A stretch of DNA of 64,000 nucleotides from Candidatus Eiseniibacteriota bacterium (GCA_963702435.1 CAVPCR010000004.1:352001-416000); one strand, 5' to 3'. Positions 35,701-44,302 are shown, numbered from the stretch's first letter. Translations and numbers: made by a program. Notes: a model not told the origin generated them from the sequence alone.

Positions 35701-37887
35701 TGGTCCAACACGGGCCAGATCATCTGGAGTGTCATCCGCGTCGACACCAACCAGAACGCGGTCCAGCTCCGCATCGCCGACGCCTCCGACCCCGATCTGG
35801 TCGTCGCCGTGTCGCAGCCGTTCACCGTGCTCAACCGGGTGCTCGACGTCGTGCGCCCGACGGTCACCGACAGCCTGTCGGAGACCGCGACCTTCCCGAT
35901 CGCCTGGGACTGGGTCGGCACGTTGCAGCGCGTGACGATCGATTACCGTCTCGATCCCGCGCTCGACTGGGTGCCGATCATCAGCAACATCGTGAACACC
36001 GGCACCTACACTTGGACCGTGCCGCTCGTGGATCGCGACCACCGGAGCGCCCAGATCCGGGTCTTCGACACCAACAACCCGAACACGATCGACGAGGGGG
36101 ACTCCTTCATCATCATCAACCGGGCTCTTGCGCTGACGCGCCCGGCGCCGGGCGACACCCTGACCGAGGCGACGGCCGACACGATCCGCTGGTCGACGCG
36201 CGGCGTCGTGCCGACGGTGAATGTGAGCTATCGCGAGCAGCCGGTCGGCGCCTGGCAGGTGATCGCGGCGGGCATTTCGAACACCGGCGTTCTGGCCTGG
36301 TCGGTGCCCGAGGTGAGCGGCGATGTCGTGGGCGCCCAGGTGCGGGTCGAGTCCGCCACGGCGCTTGAGGTGTCCGCCGTGAGCCTGCCCTTCGTCATCC
36401 TCGATCGCTCCTTCGCCGTGCTCTCGCCCGCCGGCGGCGAGAGCTGGTCCGAGGCGACGACCCAGACGATCCGCTGGCAGTCGGTGGGCACCATCGAGTC
36501 GGTGAAGATCGAGCTCCTGCTCCCGGGCGGCGGGACGCAGCTCATCGTCGCCTCGACTCCGAACGACGGCGCCGAGACGTGGTTCATTCCCGATGTCCCG
36601 GCGGGCATCGCCGGCGCCCGGATCCGCTTGACCGACACGCGCCCGCCCTCGGCCAGCGCCACCTCGGCCCCGTTCGACATCGTGAACCGCGCGCTGGCCT
36701 TCACCGCGCCGCCCCCCGAGCCTGGGGTCCAGTGGCGGATCGGGTCGGCCCAGGTCATCCGCTGGACCTCGACCGGGGCCATCGATTCGGTGGCGATCGA
36801 GCTCGGCCGGAACGGCCCGGGAGGCGCCTTCGAGACCCTGATGCCGGCGACGATCAATGACGGGGACTTCGCCTGGGAGGTGACCGGTCCCGAGACGTGG
36901 AATGCGGTGCTTCGCGTGCGCGACCTGCGCGTCGCCGATATTCGCACAGAGACGCCGCTTCTTGCGCTCTATGATCTGGTGCCGCCGGATCTGTGCGCCG
37001 ATTTCGACCACTCGGGCGGCGTATCGCTCGACGAGATCGTGCGCGTCGAGGGCATCATCGTCGGCGCGCTCGCGGCCAGCGAGGCGGACTCGCTCGCCGC
37101 GGACGGGACGCGTGACGCGGCGATCGATATCCGCGACATCCTGTGCGGCGTGGACGAGATGATTGCGGGCGAACGCGCCGGGAAGGGGCGGCCGTTCGTC
37201 GATGCGGGAGTGGAGGAGGCGGCCGCGCGCGGCGTCGTCGTCGGTGTCGGGGCGGTGGCGGAATCCGGGAGCGTGCCGATCACGGTCGAGGCGCGGGTGC
37301 TGCTCGCCGGCCTCCTCGTCGCGATCGAGATCGACGGCGGGAGCGGCGAGCCCGCGCTCGGGGCGGAGGGCGCAGGGCTCGCCCTCGCCTGGACCGCGAC
37401 CGGACCCGGCCGTTTCACGGCGACCGTGCGCCGCGAACCCGGCGGCGCGGGGCTTGCGGCCGGGACGAGCACGCCGCTCCGCGTGCTCGTGCCGGCGAGC
37501 GGCGGGGGCGGGGCGGTCGTGCGCATCGTGCGCGCCGAGGCGGTGGCAATGGACGCGACCCTTCTCCCCGTGCACATCGCCGGCGGGGCCGCGGCCGTCG
37601 TGCCGCCCCGGGTCGCCCTCGGCCAGAACCGGCCGAATCCGTTCAATCCGGTGACCGTGATCCCCTTCGAGCTGCCGGCGGCCGCGCGCGTCACGCTCGC
37701 GGTGCACGACGTGAGCGGACGCCTGGTCTCGCGTCTCGTCGATGGTGCGGTGTTGCCGGCCGGCTACCACGCCGTGCGCTGGGACGGCCACGACGCGCGC
37801 GGCGCCGTCGTGCCGAGCGGCATCTACTTCGCCACGCTCCGCGCCGGCGGCGAGACCATCACCCGCAAGATGACCGTCATCCGCTGA
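29722..37887 (+). CDS. Giant surface protein/adhesin: 17 PKD + ~10 Ig-like + dockerin-like + cohesin-like + FlgD C-terminal domain
   Basis: Signal peptide; 84-aa WTFGDG PKD repeats; ..P..G.......TI.W Ig-like repeats; DFDHSGGVSLDE..ADGTRDAAIDIRD; QNRPNPFNP..WDGHD..VPSGIY. Confidence 0.88.
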   Translation: MNASCGPRRALRALPVCLMLVATGLAAAAAPARAQSPPVSVPGGPYAGNEGELIAFDGTGSFDPDGGALTYLWDFGDGGTATEAAPTHTFTTGGLFTVTLVVTDGEDLSDTGTTSAGVNGTPVAEANGPYTGNEGAAISFSSAGSSDPDGDALTYRWTFGDGATSTAANPTHTYVTGGPFTATLQVTDPGGLFNEDTAAVTVNGTPVAEANGPYTGNEGAAISFSSAGSSDPDGQPLTYRWDFGDGGTSTQANPNHTYTTGGTFAVTLRVTDPDDLFDEDTTTATVNRPPVAEANGPYTGNQGQSIAFSSAGSSDPDGDALTYLWTFGDGATSTAANPSHTYATGGVFSVVLRVTDPDNLFDEDTATATVNRPPVAEANGPYAGNEGASISFSSAGSSDPEGQALAYLWTFGDGTTSTAANPSHAYTPGGAFNVTLRVTDPGGLFSEDTATATVNRPPVADANGPYTGNEGASISFSSAGSGDPDGGAVTYRWNFGDGSTSTVANPSHTYATGGVYTVTLVVTDPGGLTATDLTSATVSGTPVAEANGPYTGNLGQAIAFSSAGSSDPDGQPLTYLWTFGDGTTSTAANPSHTYATGGVFNAILRVTDPGGLFDEDTATATVNRPPVAEANGPYAGNQGAPIAFSSAGSSDPEGQALTYLWTFGDGTTSTAANPSHAYTPGGTFDVTLRVTDPGGLFSEDTATATVNRPPVAEANGPYTGNEGATISFSSAGSGDPDGGAVTYRWNFGDGSTSTVANPSHTYATGGVYTVALVVTDPGGLTATDLTSATVSGTPVAEANGPYGANLGQAIAFSSAGSIDPDGQALTYLWTFGDGTTSTGENPSHTYATGGVFNVVLRVTDPGGLFDEDTATATVNRPPVAEANGPYAGNQGAPIAFSSAGSSDPEGQALAYLWTFGDGTTSTAANPSHAYTPGGTFNVTLRVTDPGGLFSEDTATATVNRPPVAEANGPYAGNQGAPIAFSSAGSSDPEGQALAYLWTFGDGTTSTAANPSHAYTPGGTFTVTLRVTDPGGLFSEDTATATVNRPPVADANGPYAGNEGQPIVFSSAGSSDPEGQALTYLWTFGDGATSTAANPSHTYVTGGTFNVTLRVTDPGGLFTEDATQAAVGRTPVANANGPYTGNEGQPIAFSSAGSGDPDGQQITYLWTFGDGATSTAANPSHTYVTGGTFTVTLRVTDPDNLFAEDTAQARVNRTPAAEANGPYSGNPGAPIAFSSAGSSDPDGDGLTYRWSFGDGATSTQANPSHAYAAGGTYTVTLRVTDPGGLFNEDTAQAVVNRPPVAEANGPYAGNQGAAISFSSTGSSDPDGQALTYLWTFGDGTTSTAANPTHSYTPGGSFIATLRVTDAGGLFAEDTAPVAVNRPPVADAGPALYTTDRGVPASFSSAGSSDPDGDPLTYLWEFGDGTTSTQANPTHIYTAGGAFTVNLRVRDPGGLTGTDLAAMSVNDLAVTAPATGAVWSEGSTQTITWSVVGTVDTVVVEYRTGAALPWIPLGTVIRDTELEWQVPDIGTSDETGVRVRVRRPNGLLSDPSDPFTIRNRVLLVTAPGGDAIYETEGTNIAWTSVGFIERVNLQYRLAPGSPWLPIAADEPDDGSFAWTLPEVTSDQERAQVRVLDAADTLATSDASAEFAILDRTLAVDSPDLGVVWSEGTTQTIAWTVDGPVDSVAIEFRRSPLDGYEQIARRRASAGSYSWSVAGVTADAPEAQVRVRETATRIDPVAGVSPVFTIQNRTLAITAPVAGEEISERAPYTIRWQSAGRIDNVRVEYRLQSAAPWQEIAASAPNTGAYLWADPPEVTSDESAAEIRVTDVATVPDLTQTVSPPFTLVDRVLAPTAPAPGAVACEADTLTIAWGSRGAIPNVTIEWRLDQGSPWQPVATNISNTGSAVWSTPDLPATADAVELRLRHATDPSVVAAWGPVTLRNRTLAFLRPLGGEVYSEGDAVPVSWSSDCIDSVRVEARVDAESPWQLQGPGVWSNTGQIIWSVIRVDTNQNAVQLRIADASDPDLVVAVSQPFTVLNRVLDVVRPTVTDSLSETATFPIAWDWVGTLQRVTIDYRLDPALDWVPIISNIVNTGTYTWTVPLVDRDHRSAQIRVFDTNNPNTIDEGDSFIIINRALALTRPAPGDTLTEATADTIRWSTRGVVPTVNVSYREQPVGAWQVIAAGISNTGVLAWSVPEVSGDVVGAQVRVESATALEVSAVSLPFVILDRSFAVLSPAGGESWSEATTQTIRWQSVGTIESVKIELLLPGGGTQLIVASTPNDGAETWFIPDVPAGIAGARIRLTDTRPPSASATSAPFDIVNRALAFTAPPPEPGVQWRIGSAQVIRWTSTGAIDSVAIELGRNGPGGAFETLMPATINDGDFAWEVTGPETWNAVLRVRDLRVADIRTETPLLALYDLVPPDLCADFDHSGGVSLDEIVRVEGIIVGALAASEADSLAADGTRDAAIDIRDILCGVDEMIAGERAGKGRPFVDAGVEEAAARGVVVGVGAVAESGSVPITVEARVLLAGLLVAIEIDGGSGEPALGAEGAGLALAWTATGPGRFTATVRREPGGAGLAAGTSTPLRVLVPASGGGGAVVRIVRAEAVAMDATLLPVHIAGGAAAVVPPRVALGQNRPNPFNPVTVIPFELPAAARVTLAVHDVSGRLVSRLVDGAVLPAGYHAVRWDGHDARGAVVPSGIYFATLRAGGETITRKMTVIR
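29830..34116 (+). repeat. Array of 17 x 252-bp PKD-coding repeats
   Basis: Counted in the translation; many units are near-identical at DNA level. Confidence 0.92.
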
Positions 37888-37933
37888 GGGCCACCGCCGA
37901 GATCCCGGTCGCGCGTACGACCGCGGTCAGGGC

Positions 37934-39292
37934 TCAGAACATGAGCGAGTACGCGACCGAGACCGTGCTGCCCGTCTGTCCCGCCGTGTAGTACCCGAAC
38001 GTGCTCCCCACCGGGGAGCGGTTGACGCCGATGTACTGGATGTTCAGGCGGGTATCGCGCGTCTTGAACGGGTAGAAGTTGCTGCCGATCAGGTACTCGT
38101 TGGAATTGCCGAAACCGGCATCCTCGTCACCATAGATCTGGGATGTGGCGACATAGGCTTCCAGCTTCCTGGGCACGGGAAAGCAGGAGGCCTGGACGTA
38201 GAAGCCGTGGTCCACGATCTGGTCGATGGGCAGGGGGGCGTCGGCCTCGAACTGGTCGAGCCAGCGCACGTAATGCTCGAACTGCACGAAGAACCCCTTG
38301 TACTTCGCGCCGATGTCGGCGGCCACGATTCGGTAGTCGAGGTTGTCGACCGTCGCGCCGGGAGCGAGGGCCCCCGTGTCGAAGACGTTGGTGGCATCGG
38401 CCAGCTTGATGGTGGTGTTCTTGGACGTCCCGGTGCCGTTGAAGCTCTGCTCCGGGCTGTAGCAGGCCGAGACGCCGAAGCGCGTGGCGATCTGCTCGTG
38501 CATCTCATAGTCGCCGTAGGCGCCGCGCGGTCCGAACTCGCCCGTCGGCATGTACCACGCGGAACCGCTGAACGTCGCGTTGCGGTCGAGATCGGAGGCC
38601 TTGACTCCGAGGATGCTGTTGCTGTTGCCGGCCATGGCGCTGTACCAGAAGCCACGGAAGAGCTCGCCGTTGGCATAGATGCCGGCGCCGAAGAAGGGCC
38701 GGAAGAACTCGTCGGCCATCACGCGGTCATGACCGAGCCAGTAGGGATGCGAGCCGAGGATCGAGCGGGTGCCGGCATTCCCGGCGATGCCACCGTAGAG
38801 GTTGAAGTAGCGACTGAACTGGTAGCCGACGTTCCCGAAGAGAGCGTCCTGGTCGGTGGTGTTCACGGTCCAGATGGTGAAAGTGTAGATCAGCTTCGGA
38901 TCGAACATCCAGCCCTTGAGCCAGATGATGATGCGGTGCGGGTAGAAGTCCTGGCGAGCATCGACCGGATGCTGGTTGCCCAGATGGTCGGTGTAGGTCT
39001 GCTCGCCCGGCATCTGGTTCATGTACCGCAGGACGGCGTAGGCGCTGATCGCCAGTTCCCCGCTGGACGTACGGGCGACCAGGAATCCCCGGCCGGGGTC
39101 ATAGGTGCCATATGTCTCATGCTCCGGGAGAGTGGGAGCATCCTTCCCGCCGGCCGTCGAATCGGACGGTGCGGCGTTCACGGCGGCCGCCGAATCAGGC
39201 CTCGCGGATTCGTTTCCGGCGGCGATCGCGGGGGTCATCCAGAGGACAGTGCAGACCACCATCACCGGCCACAGCTTGGAACCAGCATTCAT
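37934..39292 (-). CDS. Outer-membrane porin-like protein (phosphate-selective porin-like)
   Basis: Signal peptide, beta-strand pattern, DRVMADEFFRP, GFYVQAS and C-terminal YSLMF. Confidence 0.7.
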   Translation of the reverse strand: MNAGSKLWPVMVVCTVLWMTPAIAAGNESARPDSAAAVNAAPSDSTAGGKDAPTLPEHETYGTYDPGRGFLVARTSSGELAISAYAVLRYMNQMPGEQTYTDHLGNQHPVDARQDFYPHRIIIWLKGWMFDPKLIYTFTIWTVNTTDQDALFGNVGYQFSRYFNLYGGIAGNAGTRSILGSHPYWLGHDRVMADEFFRPFFGAGIYANGELFRGFWYSAMAGNSNSILGVKASDLDRNATFSGSAWYMPTGEFGPRGAYGDYEMHEQIATRFGVSACYSPEQSFNGTGTSKNTTIKLADATNVFDTGALAPGATVDNLDYRIVAADIGAKYKGFFVQFEHYVRWLDQFEADAPLPIDQIVDHGFYVQASCFPVPRKLEAYVATSQIYGDEDAGFGNSNEYLIGSNFYPFKTRDTRLNIQYIGVNRSPVGSTFGYYTAGQTGSTVSVAYSLMF

Positions 39293-39700
39293 GACGACGA
39301 CCCTTTCTGTTGACGGGCGGCGGGGGCCATTGGCATCCTCTCTCCGGTTGGTCGCGGCGCGAAGACGGTTGGGGCAACGTTCCGTGCCATGCTTCTTTCT
39401 CCGTCGGGGAGGCATTCTAGTCTCGTCCACCCTGATCATCAACCGGACAGATGACACGCCGCGGCGGCTCGTGATCCTTGCACACGCGAGCTGCCCCCAG
39501 ACCTGGTGCGCAGATGGCCGCGGTGTACGGTGACCCGGCCCGCCTGCTGCGCCGGGGATTCCTGCGCCGGCGCGCTGGTCGAGCCCGTCATCGGATCGAT
39601 TCCACTACGCGGCTGGTCTGGGCGGCACCATCCGGTCAGCGGCGGGATGGATTCCCCGGCCCTGACGGGCCGGGAGTCCGACAGGCCGAGAACAGGAAGG

Positions 39701-39717
39701 TTGGCATGTTTGATGCT
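39701..39717 (+). promoter_or_regulatory. Candidate sigma54 (-24/-12) promoter
   Basis: TTGGCATGTTTGATGCT, GG-N10-GC, ~100 nt upstream of the amidohydrolase start. Confidence 0.45.
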
Positions 39718-39816
39718 CATCGCGGGCGAAGTTTTCCCGCCTCCGCCACGAGGTCTCGTATATCATTGCGCGCCGTCACGAGGGCGGCGATTGCGGCCAA
39801 CGGCCGAGAGCTCCCT

Positions 39817-40977
39817 ATGAGTCGAGAGAGGTGTCCATTGGAAACGCGATCCAAGGTCCAGCCGGCAGCGGTCCTGGTTCTTGCGGCCCTGTGTCTACAT
39901 GTCGCAGCCGGCCAGGCGCGCGCCCAGTCGAGCGCCGCGGCGGGGGACGGATACCTCTTCCACGACGCGCATTTCCACCTCACGAACTACATCCAGGAAG
40001 GGACCGATATCCATGACTTCCTGAAGATCATGGGGGACAAGGTAGGGCGGGTGGCGGTGTTCGGGATCCCGCTCCAGCAGCAGTGGGCCTATGAGGTCAC
40101 CGGCGACTACGCCCCCACCTACTACCTGCAGACGGACGCGCCGCTCTATTACTACTCGTTCACCGACGCCCACATCGCCATGGCGTACAAGTCGTTGACT
40201 CCGGCCGAGCAGGCGCGCTTCGACCCGATGATCACGGGTTTCAATCCGACCGACATGTACGCCGCGGATCACATCAAGCGCGTGCTTCGCACTTTCCCGG
40301 GCGTGTTCTCGGGCATCGGCGAGTTCACGATCCACAAGGAGTTCGTCTCGTCGAAGATCTCGGGTGAGGTGGCGAGCCTCAAGAATCCGGCGCTCGATCG
40401 CATCCTCGACTTCGCCGGCGAGTCCGGGCTTGTCGTGATTCTGCACAACGACATCAACATGCCGTTTCCGAAGCCGAACCAGGATCCGTACATGGTCCTG
40501 CAGCTGAAGGAGCTCTTCGAGCGGCACAGCGGGACCACCATCATCTGGGCGCACCTGGGGCTCGGCCGGATCGTGCGGCCGGTCGAGAATCAAGTCGGGA
40601 TGATCGAGCGGGCCGTCCAGAACCCGAAGCTCAACCACGTGTACTTCGACATCTCGTGGGACGAGGTCGCCAAGTATCTGGTGGCGACCCCCGAGTCGAT
40701 CAAGCGATCGGCCGATCTGATCAACCGCTACCCCGACCGCTTCCTCTTCGGGACGGACGAGGTGGCGCCCACCGAGCAGGCAAAGTACCTGAAGGTCTAC
40801 GACATGTACGCGCCGCTCCTGGCGGCCCTCACGCCGGAGGCGAGGGCGAAGGTCCTCAAGGGGAACTACGAGCGGCTCTTCGACGCGGCGCGGCAGAAGG
40901 TGCGGGCCTGGGAGGCGGCGAACGTGGGGAAGCCGCTGCCGCCGCCGACGCCGACACCCATTTCTGGTTACAAGTAG
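39817..40977 (+). CDS. Secreted amidohydrolase-superfamily protein
   Basis: Signal peptide; DAHFH, GIGEF.IHKE, ILHND, IIWAH.G and RFLFGTD motifs. Confidence 0.88.
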   Translation: MSRERCPLETRSKVQPAAVLVLAALCLHVAAGQARAQSSAAAGDGYLFHDAHFHLTNYIQEGTDIHDFLKIMGDKVGRVAVFGIPLQQQWAYEVTGDYAPTYYLQTDAPLYYYSFTDAHIAMAYKSLTPAEQARFDPMITGFNPTDMYAADHIKRVLRTFPGVFSGIGEFTIHKEFVSSKISGEVASLKNPALDRILDFAGESGLVVILHNDINMPFPKPNQDPYMVLQLKELFERHSGTTIIWAHLGLGRIVRPVENQVGMIERAVQNPKLNHVYFDISWDEVAKYLVATPESIKRSADLINRYPDRFLFGTDEVAPTEQAKYLKVYDMYAPLLAALTPEARAKVLKGNYERLFDAARQKVRAWEAANVGKPLPPPTPTPISGYK

Positions 40978-41051
40978 CGAAGGGTGCCCGCCGGGGATGA
41001 GATTCCCGGCTCGACGACGCCACGGACGTGGCGAACACAGGGAGGAAGGCG

Positions 41052-42278
41052 ATGAAGAGACAGAGAGTCGGCGAGCGAATGAGCGCTTGCTGGATGGTCG
41101 TTCTGTTCGTGCTCCTGGCCTTGGTGCCGGCAGCCCGCGCCGAGAGCCCGCGCCTGGACATCTACGGGTTCGCGATGCTCGACATGGGCTACCAGTTCAA
41201 GCAGAACGACCCGAGCTGGTTCGACGTCCTGCGGCCGACCAAGTTGCCGGCCTTCGAGGACCAGTTCGGGCAGGACGGCCGCTTTTTCTCCGGAGTCCGC
41301 CAGAGCCGCCTCGGTGTGAAGGGCTACTTCCCCACCGAACTCGGGGAGATCAAGACGACCTTCGAGTTCGAGCTCTTCGGGGTCGGCGTCGACGCCGGCC
41401 AGACCACCTTCCGGCTCCGCCACGCCTACGGCGAACTCGGCAAGTTCGGCGCGGGCCAGACCTGGAGCCCGTTCATGGACATCGACGTGTTCCCGAACTC
41501 GATCGAGTACTGGGGACCGAACGGCATGGTCTTCTTCCGTAACGTGCAGTTCCGCTACATGCCGATCCAGGGCGACACCCGCATGACGATCGCCATCGAG
41601 CGGCCGGGCGCGAGCGGCGACCTCGGTGAGTTCCGCTCCGGCCTCGAGGTGGAAGGCGTGCAGGCCCGCTTCCCGGCTCCGGATCTCTCGGCGGAGTACC
41701 ACCGGGCGTTCGGCATGGGCTATGTCGAGGTCGCCGGGATCCTCCGCTACATCAAGTGGGACGACAATGTGGACAACCAGTTCGACCTCGAGGGCGACGA
41801 GATCGGCTGGGGCGTGAACGTGAGCTCGAACATCAACATCGACACGGCGGCCGAGGCCAACGACACGATCCGGCTCCAGGTCGTCTACGGCGAGGGGATC
41901 CAGAACTACATGAACGACGCGCCGGCCGACATCGGCGTCGTCCCGACCGACGATCCGGTGACGCCGGTCGACGGGGAAGCGCTCCCGGTGCTCGGCCTCG
42001 TGGCCTTCTACGATCACTACTGGAACAACAAGTGGAGCACCTCGGGCGGCTACTCGATGGTCGACATCGAGCCGTCGGAGGGGATGTCCGACGACTCCTT
42101 CGCCCGCGGCCACTATGCACTGGCCAATCTGCTGTACTATCCGGTGAAGAACGTGATGATGGGCGGCGAGTTCCAGTGGGGTCGCCGCGAGAACCACGAC
42201 GATGGATGGACCGCGGATGACTACCGCATCCAGTTCTCGGCCAAGTACAACTTCTCGCATACGCTCGGAGGCATGTAA
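41052..42278 (+). CDS. DcaP-family outer-membrane porin
   Basis: IYGF.MLD, VRQSRLG, RLRHAYG..GAGQTWS.FMD.D.FP, RNVQ.RY and C-terminal QFSAKYNF. Confidence 0.88.
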   Translation: MKRQRVGERMSACWMVVLFVLLALVPAARAESPRLDIYGFAMLDMGYQFKQNDPSWFDVLRPTKLPAFEDQFGQDGRFFSGVRQSRLGVKGYFPTELGEIKTTFEFELFGVGVDAGQTTFRLRHAYGELGKFGAGQTWSPFMDIDVFPNSIEYWGPNGMVFFRNVQFRYMPIQGDTRMTIAIERPGASGDLGEFRSGLEVEGVQARFPAPDLSAEYHRAFGMGYVEVAGILRYIKWDDNVDNQFDLEGDEIGWGVNVSSNINIDTAAEANDTIRLQVVYGEGIQNYMNDAPADIGVVPTDDPVTPVDGEALPVLGLVAFYDHYWNNKWSTSGGYSMVDIEPSEGMSDDSFARGHYALANLLYYPVKNVMMGGEFQWGRRENHDDGWTADDYRIQFSAKYNFSHTLGGM

Positions 42279-43307
42279 ATGAAACCGTGCAGGAATCAGG
42301 TGATGAAGTCGGGGCTGGTCGGGCTCGCGGTCGCCGCGATCGCGTTCACGGCGGTCGCGGCCTGCGCGCAGACGCCGGCCGAGATCGAGGCGGCGCTCAA
42401 GGCCGCCCAGGACAAGTACAAGGATCTGAAGGAGGGCGCGAACGCCGACTACATTCCCGCCCTCGCCAAGGTCGACTCGAAGATCTATGGCATCGCGCTC
42501 GTGACTGTGGACGGGAAGGCGTACACGTCCGGAGACATCACCTCGGAGGTCTCGATCCAGTCGATCTCCAAGGTCTTCACCATGGCCAAGGTGATGGAGG
42601 AGCAGGGGACGGAAGCGATCGAGAAGAACATGGGGGTCGACGCCACCGGGCAGGTGTTCAATTCGATCAACGCGGTCGAGCAGTACAAGGGCGCCGAGAT
42701 GAATGCCCTGGTCAACCCGGGCGCCATCACCGCGACGAGCATGGTCAAGGGCGGTTCGCGGGACGAGATCTGGAACAAGATCCTCGCCTACCACTCGGAC
42801 TTCGCCGGGCGGCCGCTCAAGGTGAACCAGGAGGTCTACGAGTCCGAGGCGGCGACCAACCAGCGGAACCAGGCCATCGCGTCTCTCATGTTCGCCTATG
42901 GCCACATCAAGGAGAACCCGGCGCAGGCCTGCGACATCTACACCGAACAGTGCTCGATCAGCGTGAACGCCAAGGACCTGGCGACGATGGCCGCCACGCT
43001 CGCCAACGGCGGCAAGAACCCGGTCACCGGGAAGCAGGTCCTGGATGCGAAGCACGTCCCGGAAGTGCTGGCGGTGATGGCCACGGCCGGGCTCTATGAC
43101 GACTCGGGCAAGTGGCTCTACAGGACCGGGCTCCCCGCCAAGAGCGGGGTCGGCGGCGGCATCATCGCCGTCTCCCCCGGCAAGTTCGGGATCGCGGTGA
43201 TCTCGCCGCCGCTCGACGCGGCGGGCAACAGCGTGAAGGCCCAGAAGGCGATCGCCGACATCTCGAACGCGCTCGGCGGCAATCCGTACGCGGCGACGCC
43301 GAAGTAG
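42279..43307 (+). CDS. glsA: Glutaminase with N-terminal signal peptide
   Basis: G.NADYIPALA, IQSISKVF, NALVNPGAI, Y..QCS, GLYD.SG and GLPAKSGVGGGI..SPPLD..GNS motifs. Confidence 0.93.
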   Translation: MKPCRNQVMKSGLVGLAVAAIAFTAVAACAQTPAEIEAALKAAQDKYKDLKEGANADYIPALAKVDSKIYGIALVTVDGKAYTSGDITSEVSIQSISKVFTMAKVMEEQGTEAIEKNMGVDATGQVFNSINAVEQYKGAEMNALVNPGAITATSMVKGGSRDEIWNKILAYHSDFAGRPLKVNQEVYESEAATNQRNQAIASLMFAYGHIKENPAQACDIYTEQCSISVNAKDLATMAATLANGGKNPVTGKQVLDAKHVPEVLAVMATAGLYDDSGKWLYRTGLPAKSGVGGGIIAVSPGKFGIAVISPPLDAAGNSVKAQKAIADISNALGGNPYAATPK

Positions 43308-43344
43308 CGCGCGGCGACGCCGGCGGTCGGACAGGAACACATTG

Positions 43345-43470
43345 AGGGCGGGCTCGAGCCCCTGCCCTCCCGGCTCAGACACTCGCCGGCCGACACACTG
43401 GTGTGCTCATAGCATCCCGGGTGCCGGCCGGCGAAACTCGCCGGGGAGGGCAGGGCTCGTCGCCCGCCCT
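43345..43470. terminator. Long nested hairpin between the convergent glsA and suhB genes
   Basis: agggcggg..gagcccctgccctcccggc pairs with gccggggagggcagggctc..cccgccct; inner tcgccggccg pairs with cggccggcga. Confidence 0.5.
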
Positions 43471-43486
43471 GTTCGTTGCGCCGCGG

Positions 43487-44302
43487 CTACTCGGTGGGGA
43501 GAGAGAGTTTGAGGACGGCGAGCATCTCGTCGTGGATGAGACCGTTTGAGGCGCAGATGCCGGGACACGTGAGGTGGAATGGTGTGCCGTCGATGGCGGT
43601 GATGCGGCCGCCTGCCTCCTGGATGAGTAGGGCGCCGGCGGCGAGATCCCACGGCTTGAGGCGGAGCTCCCAGAAGCCGTCGAAGCGGCCGCAGGCGACA
43701 TAGGCGAGATCGATGGCGGCGGCGCCGGCGCGGCGGATGGCGAGGGCGCGGGTCGCGAAGCGGGCAAAGTGATCGAGGTTGTTGTCGGGGTTGGTGCGGA
43801 TGTCGTAGGGGAAGCCGGTGGCGAGGAAGCCGCGGTCGAGGTGACCGGTCCCGGAGGCCTGGATGGATCTGCCGTTGAGGGTTGCCCCGGAGCCGAGGGC
43901 CGCGGTGAACATCTCCTCGAGCATGGGTATGTAGACTGCCCCTGCGACGAGCTGATGATCGCGCTCGACGCCCACCGATACCGCGAACATGGGGAACGAG
44001 CGGGCGAAGTTGGTGGTGCCGTCGAGGGGGTCGATGATCCAGCGGATGCTGGTGGCCGGGTTGCCGTCGGCCCCGCGTTCCTCGGCGAGCACGGAGTCCA
44101 GGGGCCGCTCGGCGCGGATGGTCGAGACGGCAATCTCCTCCGCCGCGTGATCGGCCTCGGTCACGAGATCGATCGCGCCTTTCTGGTCCACGCGCCCGGC
44201 GTCACCGAAGCGCGCCCGGAGGTGGTCGCCGGCGGCGCGGGCCGCGCGCTCGGCGAGGGTGCGGAGTGGCTGTAAGATGATAGGGTCTCCCGAGTCAGAC
44301 AC
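43487..44302 (-). CDS. suhB: Inositol monophosphatase
   Basis: DLVTEAD, LAEE, WIIDPLDGTTNF, TGFPY and PWDLAAG.LL..EAGG motifs. Confidence 0.93.
   Translation of the reverse strand: MSDSGDPIILQPLRTLAERAARAAGDHLRARFGDAGRVDQKGAIDLVTEADHAAEEIAVSTIRAERPLDSVLAEERGADGNPATSIRWIIDPLDGTTNFARSFPMFAVSVGVERDHQLVAGAVYIPMLEEMFTAALGSGATLNGRSIQASGTGHLDRGFLATGFPYDIRTNPDNNLDHFARFATRALAIRRAGAAAIDLAYVACGRFDGFWELRLKPWDLAAGALLIQEAGGRITAIDGTPFHLTCPGICASNGLIHDEMLAVLKLSLPTE

Noticed and set aside
39374..39389. Minus-strand sigma54 promoter for the porin (TGGCAC-N6-TTGC)
   Set aside because: Spacing is one base too long for -24/-12; valid only if there is a sequencing indel.
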